NCBI GenBank assembly: GCA_016215405.1
Contig: JACRJQ010000005.1
Coordinates: 75,560 to 139,559, forward strand
Direction of reading: 5' to 3'
Length of the DNA: 64,000 bases
Origin: Candidatus Tayloriibacteriota bacterium
GTDB taxonomy: Bacteria > Patescibacteriota > Minisyncoccia > Phycocordibacterales > UBA6065
The notes below the pieces were generated by a model, which was not told the origin of the DNA, searched no databases, and was given only the letters and a program-made list of their open reading frames with translations. A program made the translations under genes and the position numbers. Below are positions 9,364-18,935 of this stretch, one piece after another (position 1 is the stretch's first letter; each line of letters starts with the position of its first letter).

Positions 9364-10659
9364 ATGAAAATACGCACGTTCGCGTTTCTTTTGGTCGTCA
9401 CGGCGCTTTTGTCGGTCGCATTCGTCGCGAATGCCCAGACCGAAGCCGTCGCTGCCGAAGGATTCTGCCCAAGCCACGATGAATCGTCGGTCTCGGTAAC
9501 GCTCCAGCCTTTTCCTTCGAAGGTCGCGACGGGAGCATTCCTCCCTGTCGTCGCGCGCGTCACGAACCTGGAACCCTACCCGCTCTCGGGAGGATCCCTT
9601 CTCATGAGGCTCGTGAGCCTCGAGCCTGCGGACAGCGACTTCTCAGGCCTTTCGGGCGCCGTGCTCGCCCGATCGGTCGCTCTCGACGATATCTTCGTAG
9701 CTGCCGGCGAATCGAAAGAACTCTCGTTCATCTTCTCTCTCCCTTCGACCTTGCCGAAAGGCAAGTATCTCGTAGAAGCTGTCTATAGCGTGTCTGGCCT
9801 GAGCCCGGATGGCGTAGACGCGCTTCCGAGCGTCAACAAGCCGAATTCAGGTTTCGCGGCAATATCAATCGAGGGTATGGCTTCGGGCGGATTCGCGTTC
9901 GTCGATCCTCGGACTATCTCTGTCGCGGAGAGCGACGAGGGCGAGGTATCGGTCTCCGTAGACGTGGTCAACATGGCGAAAGCCGAAGCGTCGGTGCCTC
10001 TCCTCTGGAAGGCGTATCGAGGAAACGCTACGATCGAGGATTCGGCCGTGACAGGATCAGTAGAGACGATACGAGTCCCTGCCTCCGGCAGGACGAAGGC
10101 TTCCTATAGGCTCGATGACGGTTCATATTCATCGTATTCGATACTCGCCGCCGCAGCCTTCGGCGGGGTGTCATCCTATGCCGCGGCGAGAGCCGAGGAT
10201 GTGCGGGGAGGCGCCTTGGTGCGGCAGCTCGGCATAGCCACCTCGACCGAAGGATGGAAGGCGTTCGGCTGCGTGACGAACGCATTCGTCGACGACGAGG
10301 TCCAGAGGCTCGTGTCCCTCTCTGTCACAGACGGTTCGGGTATGGGGCTCGGCAGGAAAGAGTTCTCCGTGGCGGGAGAGCTTAACGACCTCGAGTTCTC
10401 GCTGCCGTTTACGATCGCAGGCACCGGGGACGTCATCGTCGCCGCGGAGATCATATCTGGCGGAGGGAGCAAGGAGTCTTTTCAAAAGGTGTTCAGATGC
10501 TCCGACCTCGGCACCTGCGCCGCGGTAGGCACAGGCAGGGCATCTGCCGCAGGAGAGCTCCTCTTCGCCGCCACCATGCTCATAGCCGGCCTCGGGGGCA
10601 TCATCGCCGTCTTGCTCAGGCCGAAAAAGCTCAAGCAGGCTCAAATATACACCTCTTAA
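9364..10659 (+). CDS. Secreted or surface hypothetical protein with signal peptide and C-terminal TM anchor
   Basis: The N-terminus MKIRTFAFLLVVTALLSVAFVANAQ is a signal peptide. The C-terminus has a hydrophobic helix followed by the basic tail RPKKLKQAQ. Confidence 0.6.
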   Translation: MKIRTFAFLLVVTALLSVAFVANAQTEAVAAEGFCPSHDESSVSVTLQPFPSKVATGAFLPVVARVTNLEPYPLSGGSLLMRLVSLEPADSDFSGLSGAVLARSVALDDIFVAAGESKELSFIFSLPSTLPKGKYLVEAVYSVSGLSPDGVDALPSVNKPNSGFAAISIEGMASGGFAFVDPRTISVAESDEGEVSVSVDVVNMAKAEASVPLLWKAYRGNATIEDSAVTGSVETIRVPASGRTKASYRLDDGSYSSYSILAAAAFGGVSSYAAARAEDVRGGALVRQLGIATSTEGWKAFGCVTNAFVDDEVQRLVSLSVTDGSGMGLGRKEFSVAGELNDLEFSLPFTIAGTGDVIVAAEIISGGGSKESFQKVFRCSDLGTCAAVGTGRASAAGELLFAATMLIAGLGGIIAVLLRPKKLKQAQIYTS

Positions 10660-10668
10660 TAAACGACC

Positions 10669-13341
10669 ATGAACAAGAAACTAATCATCGGGACATTCGC
10701 CGCGGCGCTCCTTCTGGCCGGAGCGTTCTATCAACACGTATCCGCTCAGTATTACGACGAGTACGAAGATTACAACGTCCCTTATACGCCCGTCGATCCG
10801 TGTCCAGGCAAGATCTGCGGATGGGTCGATGTTTCTAATGTGAGGGCTTTCGGCGTCGTTCACCCTACGCGAAACGGCATAAATTTCTATGGCACTCAGA
10901 CGACGAAGGAGCATCTCTGCCAGCTCGCGGGCTATGACCGCAGCAAGGGGGGCCAGGAGCAGAATAGGAAATGGAGCAAGTGTAACGACGAATACTACGT
11001 CACGTGGACCGGCAGCAACTGGAATATCTATAAATGCGACGCCAGGACGTATACGGTGAGCATATATTGCGAGAAGGACAAGCCGAATAACGCGCCGACG
11101 ATTTCATGGTCTCAAGCCCCGACCGCGGCGGCGTGCGACGCCTCGTACAAGGTAGAGGCGGCAGGCGCCGACGTAGACGGAAATCTTACGGCGGTGAGCG
11201 TCGATAAGAATGATTCCGCGTTCGCCTATGCCGGCGGCGGAAATGGATGGGAGGGCACGTCGGGCAATCCGACATCGGATAGCGGACCTAAGACCGTGAC
11301 CTTTACCGCCTGGTCGCAAGACTCGACAGGCGCACAGTCTGCAAAGATATCGCACACAGTATCGATAGGATCGTGCGTCGCTCCTAACAGGGAACCGACA
11401 GGCAGCCTTTCGGCGAGCTGCGCCGCGCTCTCTGGGAGCGCCTCTGACCCGGACGCTCCGGGCCAGTCGATAGGGGTCCATTTCTATGTTGACGGACCTG
11501 CTGGCAGCGGATCGTTCGCGGGGGCGACGAATACGAATGGAGGCTCGTATAGCATGGCTTTGCCTGAATCGCTCAAGACGGGGACCAACAGGACGGTATA
11601 CGCATACGCCATCGACACCGCCGGCGGCAATAATCCTCAGATCGGCCAGGCGACGGTGAATTGCTCTCCTGCTTCTGCTCCTGCTCCTACGGGATTCATC
11701 GCGGTCAGCCCATCGACCCTTCCTTCATCAGGAGGCAGCGTCACCGTGAGCTGGTCGGTCTCTGGCGCTTCGTCGTGCACGGCTTCTGGCGACTGGTCTG
11801 GCACCAAAGGATCGAGCGGGTCTGAGACGAAGCAGGTGAGCCGGTCGTCGCAATTCGATATAAGCTGCACGGGAGCCGGAGGCACATGGAGCGATAGCGG
11901 CCGAGTGACGGTCGCGGGGAGCCTCAACATCACCGATTTCTTCATCTCCCCGAATTCGGTCAAAGAGGGCGATGGCTTCACCATATACGGCGTCGCGCAA
12001 TGGAACGGGGTCGACTATATAAAGAGGCACAGAGCGTATTTCCAGGGCTCTCAGGGCGGCCAATGGACGTATGCGGCGGGGCCATATGCCGTGACCGTCG
12101 TCGCGAACGGATACTATACGGCCGAGAGGAATCCTTATTCCATGTATATGGGACCGGGATCATATAGCGTCGTGTATGAAGTGGAGGATAATGCCGGCAA
12201 TACGGATTCCGAGACGCGGTCGTTCACGTATCAAGGGGGCCAGCAGTGCGATACCAAGAGCCATACCTGCAGCGCTTCTTATACGGGATACGAATATCCT
12301 CAGTCGCAATCGACTCAGACGCTGACCGTGTATCAGTCGTGCGATATTTCCGAGCAGCAGCACGGCGCGCTCAATATCCCTAACGGGACGGCAACCCTTC
12401 AGAATAGGGCCTACAGCGACCAGTGCCCTCAGTGCTGGTATGACACGCACGCGTATCAGGGCACCACATGGCATTGTTCGAGGACGCTCTCAGGCTATGA
12501 CCATCCTCACTACAGGTCTACGTTCCCTGTGACCTATTACACTTCATGCAGCATAAGCGATGCTGAAAAGGCGGCTCTCGAAGCGCAGGGATATGTGTAT
12601 GGATACCGGCAGCGCACTCAGGAGACCAGTCCGGGCCAGTGGACCGACGTGCACTACATGAGCAACTGCGATTCGAACACCGCGAGATGCACCGATTCTA
12701 ACGCGACAAACTACAACCAGACAGGGTCGTGCCGTTACAACAATCAGACGAGATGCACCGATTCTAACGCTACGAACTACAATCAGATAGGCTCGTGCGA
12801 CTATTCGAACAACAACAATACTGACACGAACACGAACGGCGGGACGGGGAACAATCCTGGAGGAAACGGCAATAATGGCAATAACGGGAATCGTCCGATT
12901 CCGGGCTTTACCATAACGGCAGATAGCTCGAGGACGCCTGTTCAATTCGTCGGGGGGATCGGCGGCGGATCTGAGGCGAGGAGGATAGAGGTTAACCCGG
13001 TGAATGGCTTCAATGAGGATGTCACGGTGACCGTGGCGAGCATCCGCTCGAGGAGCGGGGGCCAGGCTTTGCCGGAAGGGGTCGTAGCGCTCTACTCGCT
13101 CGATAACAAGCCGTTCGCAGGCTCTATGTCTACGACGCAGAGATACAATCCGTCGGTCGGCGGGGGGAAGTATATCGGATCTGAAGGCCTCATCGGGTCG
13201 AGCTTCAAGCTCACGCTCTCGAAAGCCGTCTCGGAGCCGTATGAAGTCGTATTCAATGCGGTTTCGACATCGGGCAAGGCGGCGACGTATGTCCTCCTTA
13301 TCGAGCCGGATGTAAAGAATCCTTCTTTCAAAGAGCTTTAA
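10669..13341 (+). CDS. Large secreted low-complexity protein (Thr/Ser/Gly/Asn-rich) with an internal tandem repeat
   Basis: 890 aa with a signal peptide, many Cys pairs, N/T/G-rich tracts and a 66-nt tandem repeat at 12685..12816. Confidence 0.65.
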   Translation: MNKKLIIGTFAAALLLAGAFYQHVSAQYYDEYEDYNVPYTPVDPCPGKICGWVDVSNVRAFGVVHPTRNGINFYGTQTTKEHLCQLAGYDRSKGGQEQNRKWSKCNDEYYVTWTGSNWNIYKCDARTYTVSIYCEKDKPNNAPTISWSQAPTAAACDASYKVEAAGADVDGNLTAVSVDKNDSAFAYAGGGNGWEGTSGNPTSDSGPKTVTFTAWSQDSTGAQSAKISHTVSIGSCVAPNREPTGSLSASCAALSGSASDPDAPGQSIGVHFYVDGPAGSGSFAGATNTNGGSYSMALPESLKTGTNRTVYAYAIDTAGGNNPQIGQATVNCSPASAPAPTGFIAVSPSTLPSSGGSVTVSWSVSGASSCTASGDWSGTKGSSGSETKQVSRSSQFDISCTGAGGTWSDSGRVTVAGSLNITDFFISPNSVKEGDGFTIYGVAQWNGVDYIKRHRAYFQGSQGGQWTYAAGPYAVTVVANGYYTAERNPYSMYMGPGSYSVVYEVEDNAGNTDSETRSFTYQGGQQCDTKSHTCSASYTGYEYPQSQSTQTLTVYQSCDISEQQHGALNIPNGTATLQNRAYSDQCPQCWYDTHAYQGTTWHCSRTLSGYDHPHYRSTFPVTYYTSCSISDAEKAALEAQGYVYGYRQRTQETSPGQWTDVHYMSNCDSNTARCTDSNATNYNQTGSCRYNNQTRCTDSNATNYNQIGSCDYSNNNNTDTNTNGGTGNNPGGNGNNGNNGNRPIPGFTITADSSRTPVQFVGGIGGGSEARRIEVNPVNGFNEDVTVTVASIRSRSGGQALPEGVVALYSLDNKPFAGSMSTTQRYNPSVGGGKYIGSEGLIGSSFKLTLSKAVSEPYEVVFNAVSTSGKAATYVLLIEPDVKNPSFKEL
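12685..12816 (+). repeat. 66-nt tandem duplication (x2) inside the 890-aa gene, encoding RCTDSNATNYNQ[T/I]GSC
   Basis: agatgcaccgattctaacgc... recurs with period 66 nt. Confidence 0.8.
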
Positions 13342-13363
13342 TCGGTTAGAGGTCGAGGTAAAG

Positions 13364-13393
13364 AAAAGCCGGCGCCAAAAGGCGCCGGCTTTT
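13364..13393. terminator. Bidirectional rho-independent terminator between the convergent 890-aa gene and miaA
   Basis: aaaagccggcgcc aaaa ggcgccggctttt. Confidence 0.8.
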
Positions 13394-13402
13394 CTTGTCT
13401 AA

Positions 13403-14293
13403 TTAAGAGAGGAATCTCTTCGCGAGAGAGAGGGCTTTTCCGCTCTGATCCGGACGAAGCCAGTGTATATCCTTGTTCCTCTGGAACCACGTCATTTGGC
13501 GCTTGGAAAAATCGACGATGCGGTTCTCAAGCTCGAGGAGCATGCTCTCCTTTGAGATCTTCCCCTGGAGATAGAGCGCGAGAAAGCGATATTCGAGCCC
13601 GAGTTCGTGGAATCGTTTCCAGGAGAGGCCCCTTTTCCGCAATGACTTCGCTTCTTCGACCATACCCTGCTTCATGCGCCTCTGGAGGCGGGCGCGTATC
13701 TTTTCTCTGAGGGCCTTTCGATCTGTCGTAAGCCCGATCCAGAGAGTCTCGTACGCCTTTGTGCGCTTCATCTTTGGAACTTTACCGAGCACACGTGCGA
13801 TCTCTATGGCACGGATGATGCGTACCTTGTTGAGGGGATCGAGCTCTTTCGCCCGGCGAGGGTCGAGCTTCTCGATCTCCTTCATGAGCGTTTTCGTGCT
13901 TTTTTTAGCGAGCCGTGCGCGCAGCTTCGCGTCTGGAGGCACGGCAGGGAAGGATTCATCGTAGGCGAGAGCGTCGATATAGAATCCAGTGCCGCCGCAT
14001 ATGATCGGTACATCGCCGCGCGAGAGTATGTCCTCGATAGCTTTGCGTCCGTCATTCTTGAATCTCTCGACGTTATAGGTCTTTTTCGGGTCGCAGACAT
14101 CGATAAGATGGTGGGGCACGCCATTCATCTCGCGACGGGTTATCTTGCCCGACCCGACGTCGAGACCTCTGTATACCTGCCTCGAATCCGCCGAAACGAC
14201 CTCGCCCTTGAACCGTCGAGCCAAAAGCACGGCGAGGTCGCTCTTTCCTGTGGCGGTTGGGCCGCATACGATGATAACTTTCGGATGCCTCAT
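13403..14293 (-). CDS. miaA: tRNA dimethylallyltransferase
   Basis: P-loop CGPTATGKS in MRHPKVIIVCGPTATGKSDLA. The start was trimmed to the internal Met at 14293 because the longer ORF (to 14503) overlaps tRNA-Leu. Confidence 0.9.
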   Translation of the reverse strand: MRHPKVIIVCGPTATGKSDLAVLLARRFKGEVVSADSRQVYRGLDVGSGKITRREMNGVPHHLIDVCDPKKTYNVERFKNDGRKAIEDILSRGDVPIICGGTGFYIDALAYDESFPAVPPDAKLRARLAKKSTKTLMKEIEKLDPRRAKELDPLNKVRIIRAIEIARVLGKVPKMKRTKAYETLWIGLTTDRKALREKIRARLQRRMKQGMVEEAKSLRKRGLSWKRFHELGLEYRFLALYLQGKISKESMLLELENRIVDFSKRQMTWFQRNKDIHWLRPDQSGKALSLAKRFLS

Positions 14294-14339
14294 AGTGTAG
14301 ACTCTACCAGAAATAATCGGAAAGGGAATTTGGGAGGCT

Positions 14340-14359
14340 CGGTCCTTACAGGACCAGTA
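14340..14359. repeat. 20-nt hairpin-forming motif cggtccttacaggaccagta (copy 2 of 2)
   Basis: Identical to 7769..7788 and in the same context, between minus-strand tRNA-Leu and the miaA start. Confidence 0.7.
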
Positions 14360-14425
14360 TCCTGATTGGATGTGTAAGAACGCATGTTCAATCAGGCCTC
14401 GAGTCCCACGCACAAAGCTCCGCTT

Positions 14426-14509
14426 TGGTGCCGGAGGTGGGACTCGAACCCACACACCTTTCGATACGCGATTTTGAGTCGCGCGCGTCTGCCATTCCGC
14501 CACTCCGGC
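14426..14509 (-). tRNA. tRNA-Leu (anticodon CAA), type II, CCA encoded
   Basis: Reverse complement GCCGGAG..GTGGCGGAATGGCAGACGC..CGCGA-CTCAAAA-TCGCG..variable arm..GTGGGTTCGAGTCCCACCTCCGGCACCA. Confidence 0.9.
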
Positions 14510-14599
14510 TTCACATCAACAAGTTACAACAAAAACCGCCCTTTCTCAACGTACGGCCCGCGGTCGGATGTGATAAAATACCTCAGTAAATATAAACCC

Positions 14600-15607
14600 A
14601 TGTCATCCCAATTCTTCGGAGATTCCATATTTTGGATAGAGACAGACAAGATAAGGCCGAATCCTTATCAGCCGAGGCGCGAATTCGACGAAGCGGCCCT
14701 TCGAGACCTCGCCGAATCGATCAGGATGTACGGCCTTCTGCAGCCTTTGGTGGTCACGAGGACCGAGATCCAGAAAGAGGACGGCGGCCTTGCCGTCGAG
14801 TACGAGCTCATCTCCGGAGAGAGACGATTGCGCGCATCGAAGCTCCTCGGCCTTTTGCAGGTCCCAGCGATCATCCGCGCCAATTCCGATGACGCGCGGG
14901 TAAAGCTCGAGCTCGCTATCATCGAGAACCTCCAGCGAGAGGATCTTAACCCTGTCGAACGCGCGCGATCCTTCAATCAGCTCGTGTCCGAATTCGGCCT
15001 CAAGCATATCCAGGTCGCTCAGAAGATAGGCAAGTCGCGCGAATACGTCTCGAACTCGATCCGCCTCCTCATGCTCCCGTCGGATATACTCGACGCCCTC
15101 TCCCAAGGCAAGATCTCCGAAGGGCATGCCCGACCTCTCATGATGCTCGCCGATAGGCCGGAAGAGCAGTCGACCCTGTTCAAAGAGATCACTTTCAAGA
15201 GGCTTACCGTGCGCGAGACCGAGATGATCGCGAGGAAGATCGCCGTCGAGAGGGCGCGCAAGAAGGAGCGCGCCTTCGACCCGGAGATGCTCGAGATAGA
15301 GCAGAGGCTCTCCGAGACTTTCGGAACCCGGGTCTCTATCGAGCAAAAGCAGAAAGGGGGCAAGATAACGATCGATTTCTTCTCTCCAGAGGACCTCAAG
15401 GCGATCATGGACGTCGTCGGAAAGAGGGAAAGGAAAGAGCCTGCCGCCCCTGTCGCTTTATCCGACCAGCCTGCGATACCCGCGCCTTCCCAAGAAGCCG
15501 AGACGGTTTCCGAGCCTCAAGCGCCCATAGACGATAGGTCGAAAGAGGAAAAGAAAGAGAGCGACAACAGCGAAGACCTCTATTCCATAAAGAATTTCTC
15601 CCTTTAG
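14600..15607 (+). CDS. parB: Chromosome partitioning protein ParB/Spo0J
   Basis: ParB box GLLQPLVV and the HTH region ELISGERRLRASKLLGL. The start was moved to the internal Met at 14600 because the track ORF begins at 14384, inside tRNA-Leu. Confidence 0.85.
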   Translation: MSSQFFGDSIFWIETDKIRPNPYQPRREFDEAALRDLAESIRMYGLLQPLVVTRTEIQKEDGGLAVEYELISGERRLRASKLLGLLQVPAIIRANSDDARVKLELAIIENLQREDLNPVERARSFNQLVSEFGLKHIQVAQKIGKSREYVSNSIRLLMLPSDILDALSQGKISEGHARPLMMLADRPEEQSTLFKEITFKRLTVRETEMIARKIAVERARKKERAFDPEMLEIEQRLSETFGTRVSIEQKQKGGKITIDFFSPEDLKAIMDVVGKRERKEPAAPVALSDQPAIPAPSQEAETVSEPQAPIDDRSKEEKKESDNSEDLYSIKNFSL

Positions 15608-15611
15608 AAGA

Positions 15612-15637
15612 AGATCCGCCTCCGGGCGGGTCTTTTT
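15612..15637 (+). terminator. Hairpin plus T-run after parB
   Basis: gatccgcc tcc gggcgggtc ttttt. Confidence 0.5.
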
Positions 15638-15743
15638 GACTTAGGGGGACGCTCGGTATATACCTAGTATCGGTAGGCGTATATGGCTTGGCATATCCCA
15701 AGAGCCGCTTCTGGCGGATAACCCGTTCGTTCAAACAAAGGTC

Positions 15744-15992
15744 ATGGCCTTTTCACGTTTCGTTTCTTGGCTGTTTCGCCGCGGGCTCACGCTCGCGTTG
15801 GCTATCGTGGTCGGGGCGTTAGGCGGATACGTCCTCGTGTCGCTCTTCGGCTTCGTCGAGCGTCCCGGCTCTGGGGCCTTCGTGCTATTCTGCGTCGCGA
15901 TGTCGGTCCTCCTGTGGCTCATCGCAGGAGACCGGAAATACGACCGCAAGAAGGACTTCGTCTGGCAGCCTGGCCCTGACGGAAGATACTGA
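15744..15992 (+). CDS. Small hypothetical membrane protein
   Basis: 82 aa with two hydrophobic helices. There is no other support. Confidence 0.3.
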   Translation: MAFSRFVSWLFRRGLTLALAIVVGALGGYVLVSLFGFVERPGSGAFVLFCVAMSVLLWLIAGDRKYDRKKDFVWQPGPDGRY

Positions 15993-16047
15993 CCGCGGCC
16001 TTCCGCAAATCCAAAGGCGCCTGAACCCCAGGCGCCTTTCGTATGGC

Positions 16048-18303
16048 CTATTCTTTTTTCTTTCGGGCGAAGCCTCTCTTTTTCTTCTCTTGCTTCAATA
16101 TCTCGAGGGCGCGCGGAAGCTCTATGTTATAGACGTCGTCTGGCGCTTTTACGGATCTGAAATCTCCGTCGTGGACTATGTAAGGGCCGAATCGTCCGAT
16201 GTTCGCGGTTATGACTTTGCCTGTGTCTGGATGCGAACCGAGCTGGCGGGGAAGGGATAGATAATGGACCGCCTGAGCCAAGGTGACCTCTTCAGGCTTC
16301 ACCTCCTTAGGCACGCTCGCGCGGCGAAGCTTCGGTTTCGCGGGCTTCTTCGCTTTCTTTTTCTTCGGCTTTCGCGCCTGATCCTCAGTAGGAGGCGTCT
16401 CGGCCTTCTCCTCGGGCATGACCATCTCCACGTAAGGTCCGTACTTTCCCGTCTTGAGAGTTATATCGCTTCCGGTATCTGGATGGACGCCGATGACCTT
16501 GTCCTTCGGCATCTCGGTCCCGTCGATGAGGAGGGCGCCGTCGCAGTCGGGATAGCGGGAGCATGAAAGGAATTTTCCGGAGCGGCCGAGCTTTATCACC
16601 ATGGACGATCCGCACTTCGGGCATACGTGTCTCGCGTCCGCCTCGCCTAAGGTCGTCGCTTTATCGAGCTTGTCCTTTGCCTTCACTTCTTTCGAGAACG
16701 GCTTGTAGAAGTCGGAGAGGGTCTTCTCGTATTCCACCTTTCCTTCGGCTATGAGGTCGAGCTTGTCTTCCATCTCGGCCGTAAAGGTGTCGCTTATGTA
16801 TTGGTTGAAATTCTCTTCGAGGAACGTCGAAACGACTTCGCCGGTGTCGGTGGGCTTAAGCGAACGGCCCTCTTTCGTCACGTATTCGCGGTCTTCGAGG
16901 GTCTTTATGATGGAAGCATAGGTCGACGGTCGGCCGATGCCGCGGGCCTCGAGCTCTTTGACGAGGCCGGCTTCGGAGTATCTCGACGGCGGTTCGGTGA
17001 ATTTTTGGAGAGACGCTATGTCGATGAGCTTGAGGGCTTCGCCTTCTTTCACCTTCGGTAGCTCCACGTCCTCTCCGCGCGCTTCCGGGTCGGCATCGAA
17101 CCAGCCTCTGTATATAGTGCGGGAGCCGTTCGCTTGGAAATCGGGGATGGTCCTCGACGTCACGTTCGCGAGGATCTTCGTCCTCATGACGCGGGCGTCC
17201 TTCATCTGGCTCGCTACAGCGCGGCCCCAGATGAGGGAATAGAGCCCTTCTTCTTCCGGGGTCGATCCAGCCTTCTCTTTTAGGGCGTCGGTCGGTCGAA
17301 CGGCTTCGTGCGCCTCTTGGGCGTTCTTGGATTTGGTCGCATATGTGCGGAGCTCGATCTCGTCCTTTCCGTATATCTTCTCTATGGCGAGGGCGATCTG
17401 GGCGACCGCCTGCTTCGAGAGCGCCGTCGAGTCGGTTCGCATATAGGTGATGTGTCCCGCCTCATAGAGCTTCTGCGCGATGCGCATGGTGCGAGAAGGG
17501 GAGAATCCGAGGCGCGTGGAGGCCGCCTGCTGGAGCGTCGAGGTCGTGAAAGGCGCTTTAGGAGACCTCTTTGCCTCTGACTCCTCGACGCTTACGACTT
17601 GCCAGTCTTCCTTTTTCGCGATCGAGAGTATCCTTTCCGATTCCTTCTCTTCTTTCGGTTCGATCGAGCAGGCGAGAGGAAGCCTCTCTTTCTTTACGGT
17701 CTCGGTCGTTGCCGTTATGGAGAAATATCCTTCTGGCTTGAACGCCTTTATCTCCCGCTCTCTTTCGACGAGGATCCTTAGGGCAGGGGATTGCACGCGC
17801 CCGGCAGAGAGGCCGTAGCGGACCTTTTTCCATATGACGCCGGAGAGGTCGTAGCCGACGAGCCTGTCGAGAACGCGCCGCGCCTCCTGGGCGCGGCGCA
17901 GGTTCTCGTCTATATCGCGAGGGCTCTTTAAAGCCTCGATGATGGCGTCTTTCGTTATCTCATTGAAGACGACGCGCCTCACCTTCTTCTTTCCGAAATC
18001 CACCGCCTCGGCGATATGCCACGCGATGGCTTCGCCCTCTCGGTCCGGGTCGGTCGCGAGAAGCACCTCGTCGGACGACTTCGCCAAGCGCTCTATCTCG
18101 GAGAGGACCTTCTCCTTTCCCGCAGAGACTTCGTAGTGGGGGACGAATCCGTCGAGGTCTATCGCTTTCTTGTTCGATTTAGGGAGGTCTCTAACGTGGC
18201 CGATCGAAGCGACCACCGTGTATCCGCTACCGAGATATTTTCCGATAGTCTTCGCCTTTGCGGGAGACTCTACGATGAGAAGCTTTGGCATATATTGAGG
18301 CAA
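16048..18303 (-). CDS. topA: DNA topoisomerase I
   Basis: Toprim N-terminus PKLLIVESPAKAKTIGKYLG, a type IA core, and C-terminal Cys4 zinc-ribbon repeats (CPKCGS...C..C). Confidence 0.95.
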   Translation of the reverse strand: MPQYMPKLLIVESPAKAKTIGKYLGSGYTVVASIGHVRDLPKSNKKAIDLDGFVPHYEVSAGKEKVLSEIERLAKSSDEVLLATDPDREGEAIAWHIAEAVDFGKKKVRRVVFNEITKDAIIEALKSPRDIDENLRRAQEARRVLDRLVGYDLSGVIWKKVRYGLSAGRVQSPALRILVEREREIKAFKPEGYFSITATTETVKKERLPLACSIEPKEEKESERILSIAKKEDWQVVSVEESEAKRSPKAPFTTSTLQQAASTRLGFSPSRTMRIAQKLYEAGHITYMRTDSTALSKQAVAQIALAIEKIYGKDEIELRTYATKSKNAQEAHEAVRPTDALKEKAGSTPEEEGLYSLIWGRAVASQMKDARVMRTKILANVTSRTIPDFQANGSRTIYRGWFDADPEARGEDVELPKVKEGEALKLIDIASLQKFTEPPSRYSEAGLVKELEARGIGRPSTYASIIKTLEDREYVTKEGRSLKPTDTGEVVSTFLEENFNQYISDTFTAEMEDKLDLIAEGKVEYEKTLSDFYKPFSKEVKAKDKLDKATTLGEADARHVCPKCGSSMVIKLGRSGKFLSCSRYPDCDGALLIDGTEMPKDKVIGVHPDTGSDITLKTGKYGPYVEMVMPEEKAETPPTEDQARKPKKKKAKKPAKPKLRRASVPKEVKPEEVTLAQAVHYLSLPRQLGSHPDTGKVITANIGRFGPYIVHDGDFRSVKAPDDVYNIELPRALEILKQEKKKRGFARKKKE

Positions 18304-18391
18304 GTATTACACGAAGGCAAAAACTTTGGCAAATCAGGGCAAAAAGAAACCCCGCTCGTTGAAGCGGGGTTCGAAGGGGGTAGGGTCGCGA

Positions 18392-18916
18392 TCAAGCCGT
18401 GGCTTTCTCGGCCGCGCCCTCGGAGACGGTCGAGGCCATCTTAAGGCCGATCTTCGAGAACTCGATGTCGCCGCGCTCGCAGACCGGGAAGATCCGGACA
18501 GACCTTTTGAAAGGGGCTTTAGGGTCTGGCTCGACGTCCATGGCCCAAAGCTTGCCTTGGTCTTCGCAGATGATCCGAGAGCTTGCGCCGATCTCGGCCA
18601 AATGCTCGGATTCGATGCGTTTGAAGTCGGCGAGGTTGATGACCTCGTATCCGTGCATGGCCACATACGACCGCATGAGGGCATAGTCCTGGCCTTGATC
18701 GAACGTGAGCCAGTAGATCTGGATTTGCTCTTTGTAGCGGACGCCGGATCTGAGCCGATAGGGCGTATTGGGGCCGAAGGGGTTAAGGGCCAGGTCCCAG
18801 AAGATATATCCGACTATTGCGAGCCCGACGAGGAGCGAGACAGGGTATACGATGTTGGAAATCATGAGTTGAGGGGGGTCCGGGGGTAATTCTACGGCGA
18901 TTCCTTTCCGAGTCAA
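18392..18916 (-). CDS. Hypothetical membrane-anchored protein
   Basis: 174 aa with one N-terminal TM helix. A terminator hairpin (aaaccccgct...gcggggttc) lies at about 18347..18375. Confidence 0.45.
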   Translation of the reverse strand: MTRKGIAVELPPDPPQLMISNIVYPVSLLVGLAIVGYIFWDLALNPFGPNTPYRLRSGVRYKEQIQIYWLTFDQGQDYALMRSYVAMHGYEVINLADFKRIESEHLAEIGASSRIICEDQGKLWAMDVEPDPKAPFKRSVRIFPVCERGDIEFSKIGLKMASTVSEGAAEKATA

Positions 18917-18935
18917 CCATGGGCAGGTCCTAGGC

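Noticed and set aside
14384-14599. N-terminal extension of the parB ORF, and the 13403..14503 extension of miaA
   Set aside because: Both extensions run through the tRNA-Leu gene. Conserved N-termini begin at internal Met codons (14600; 14293).
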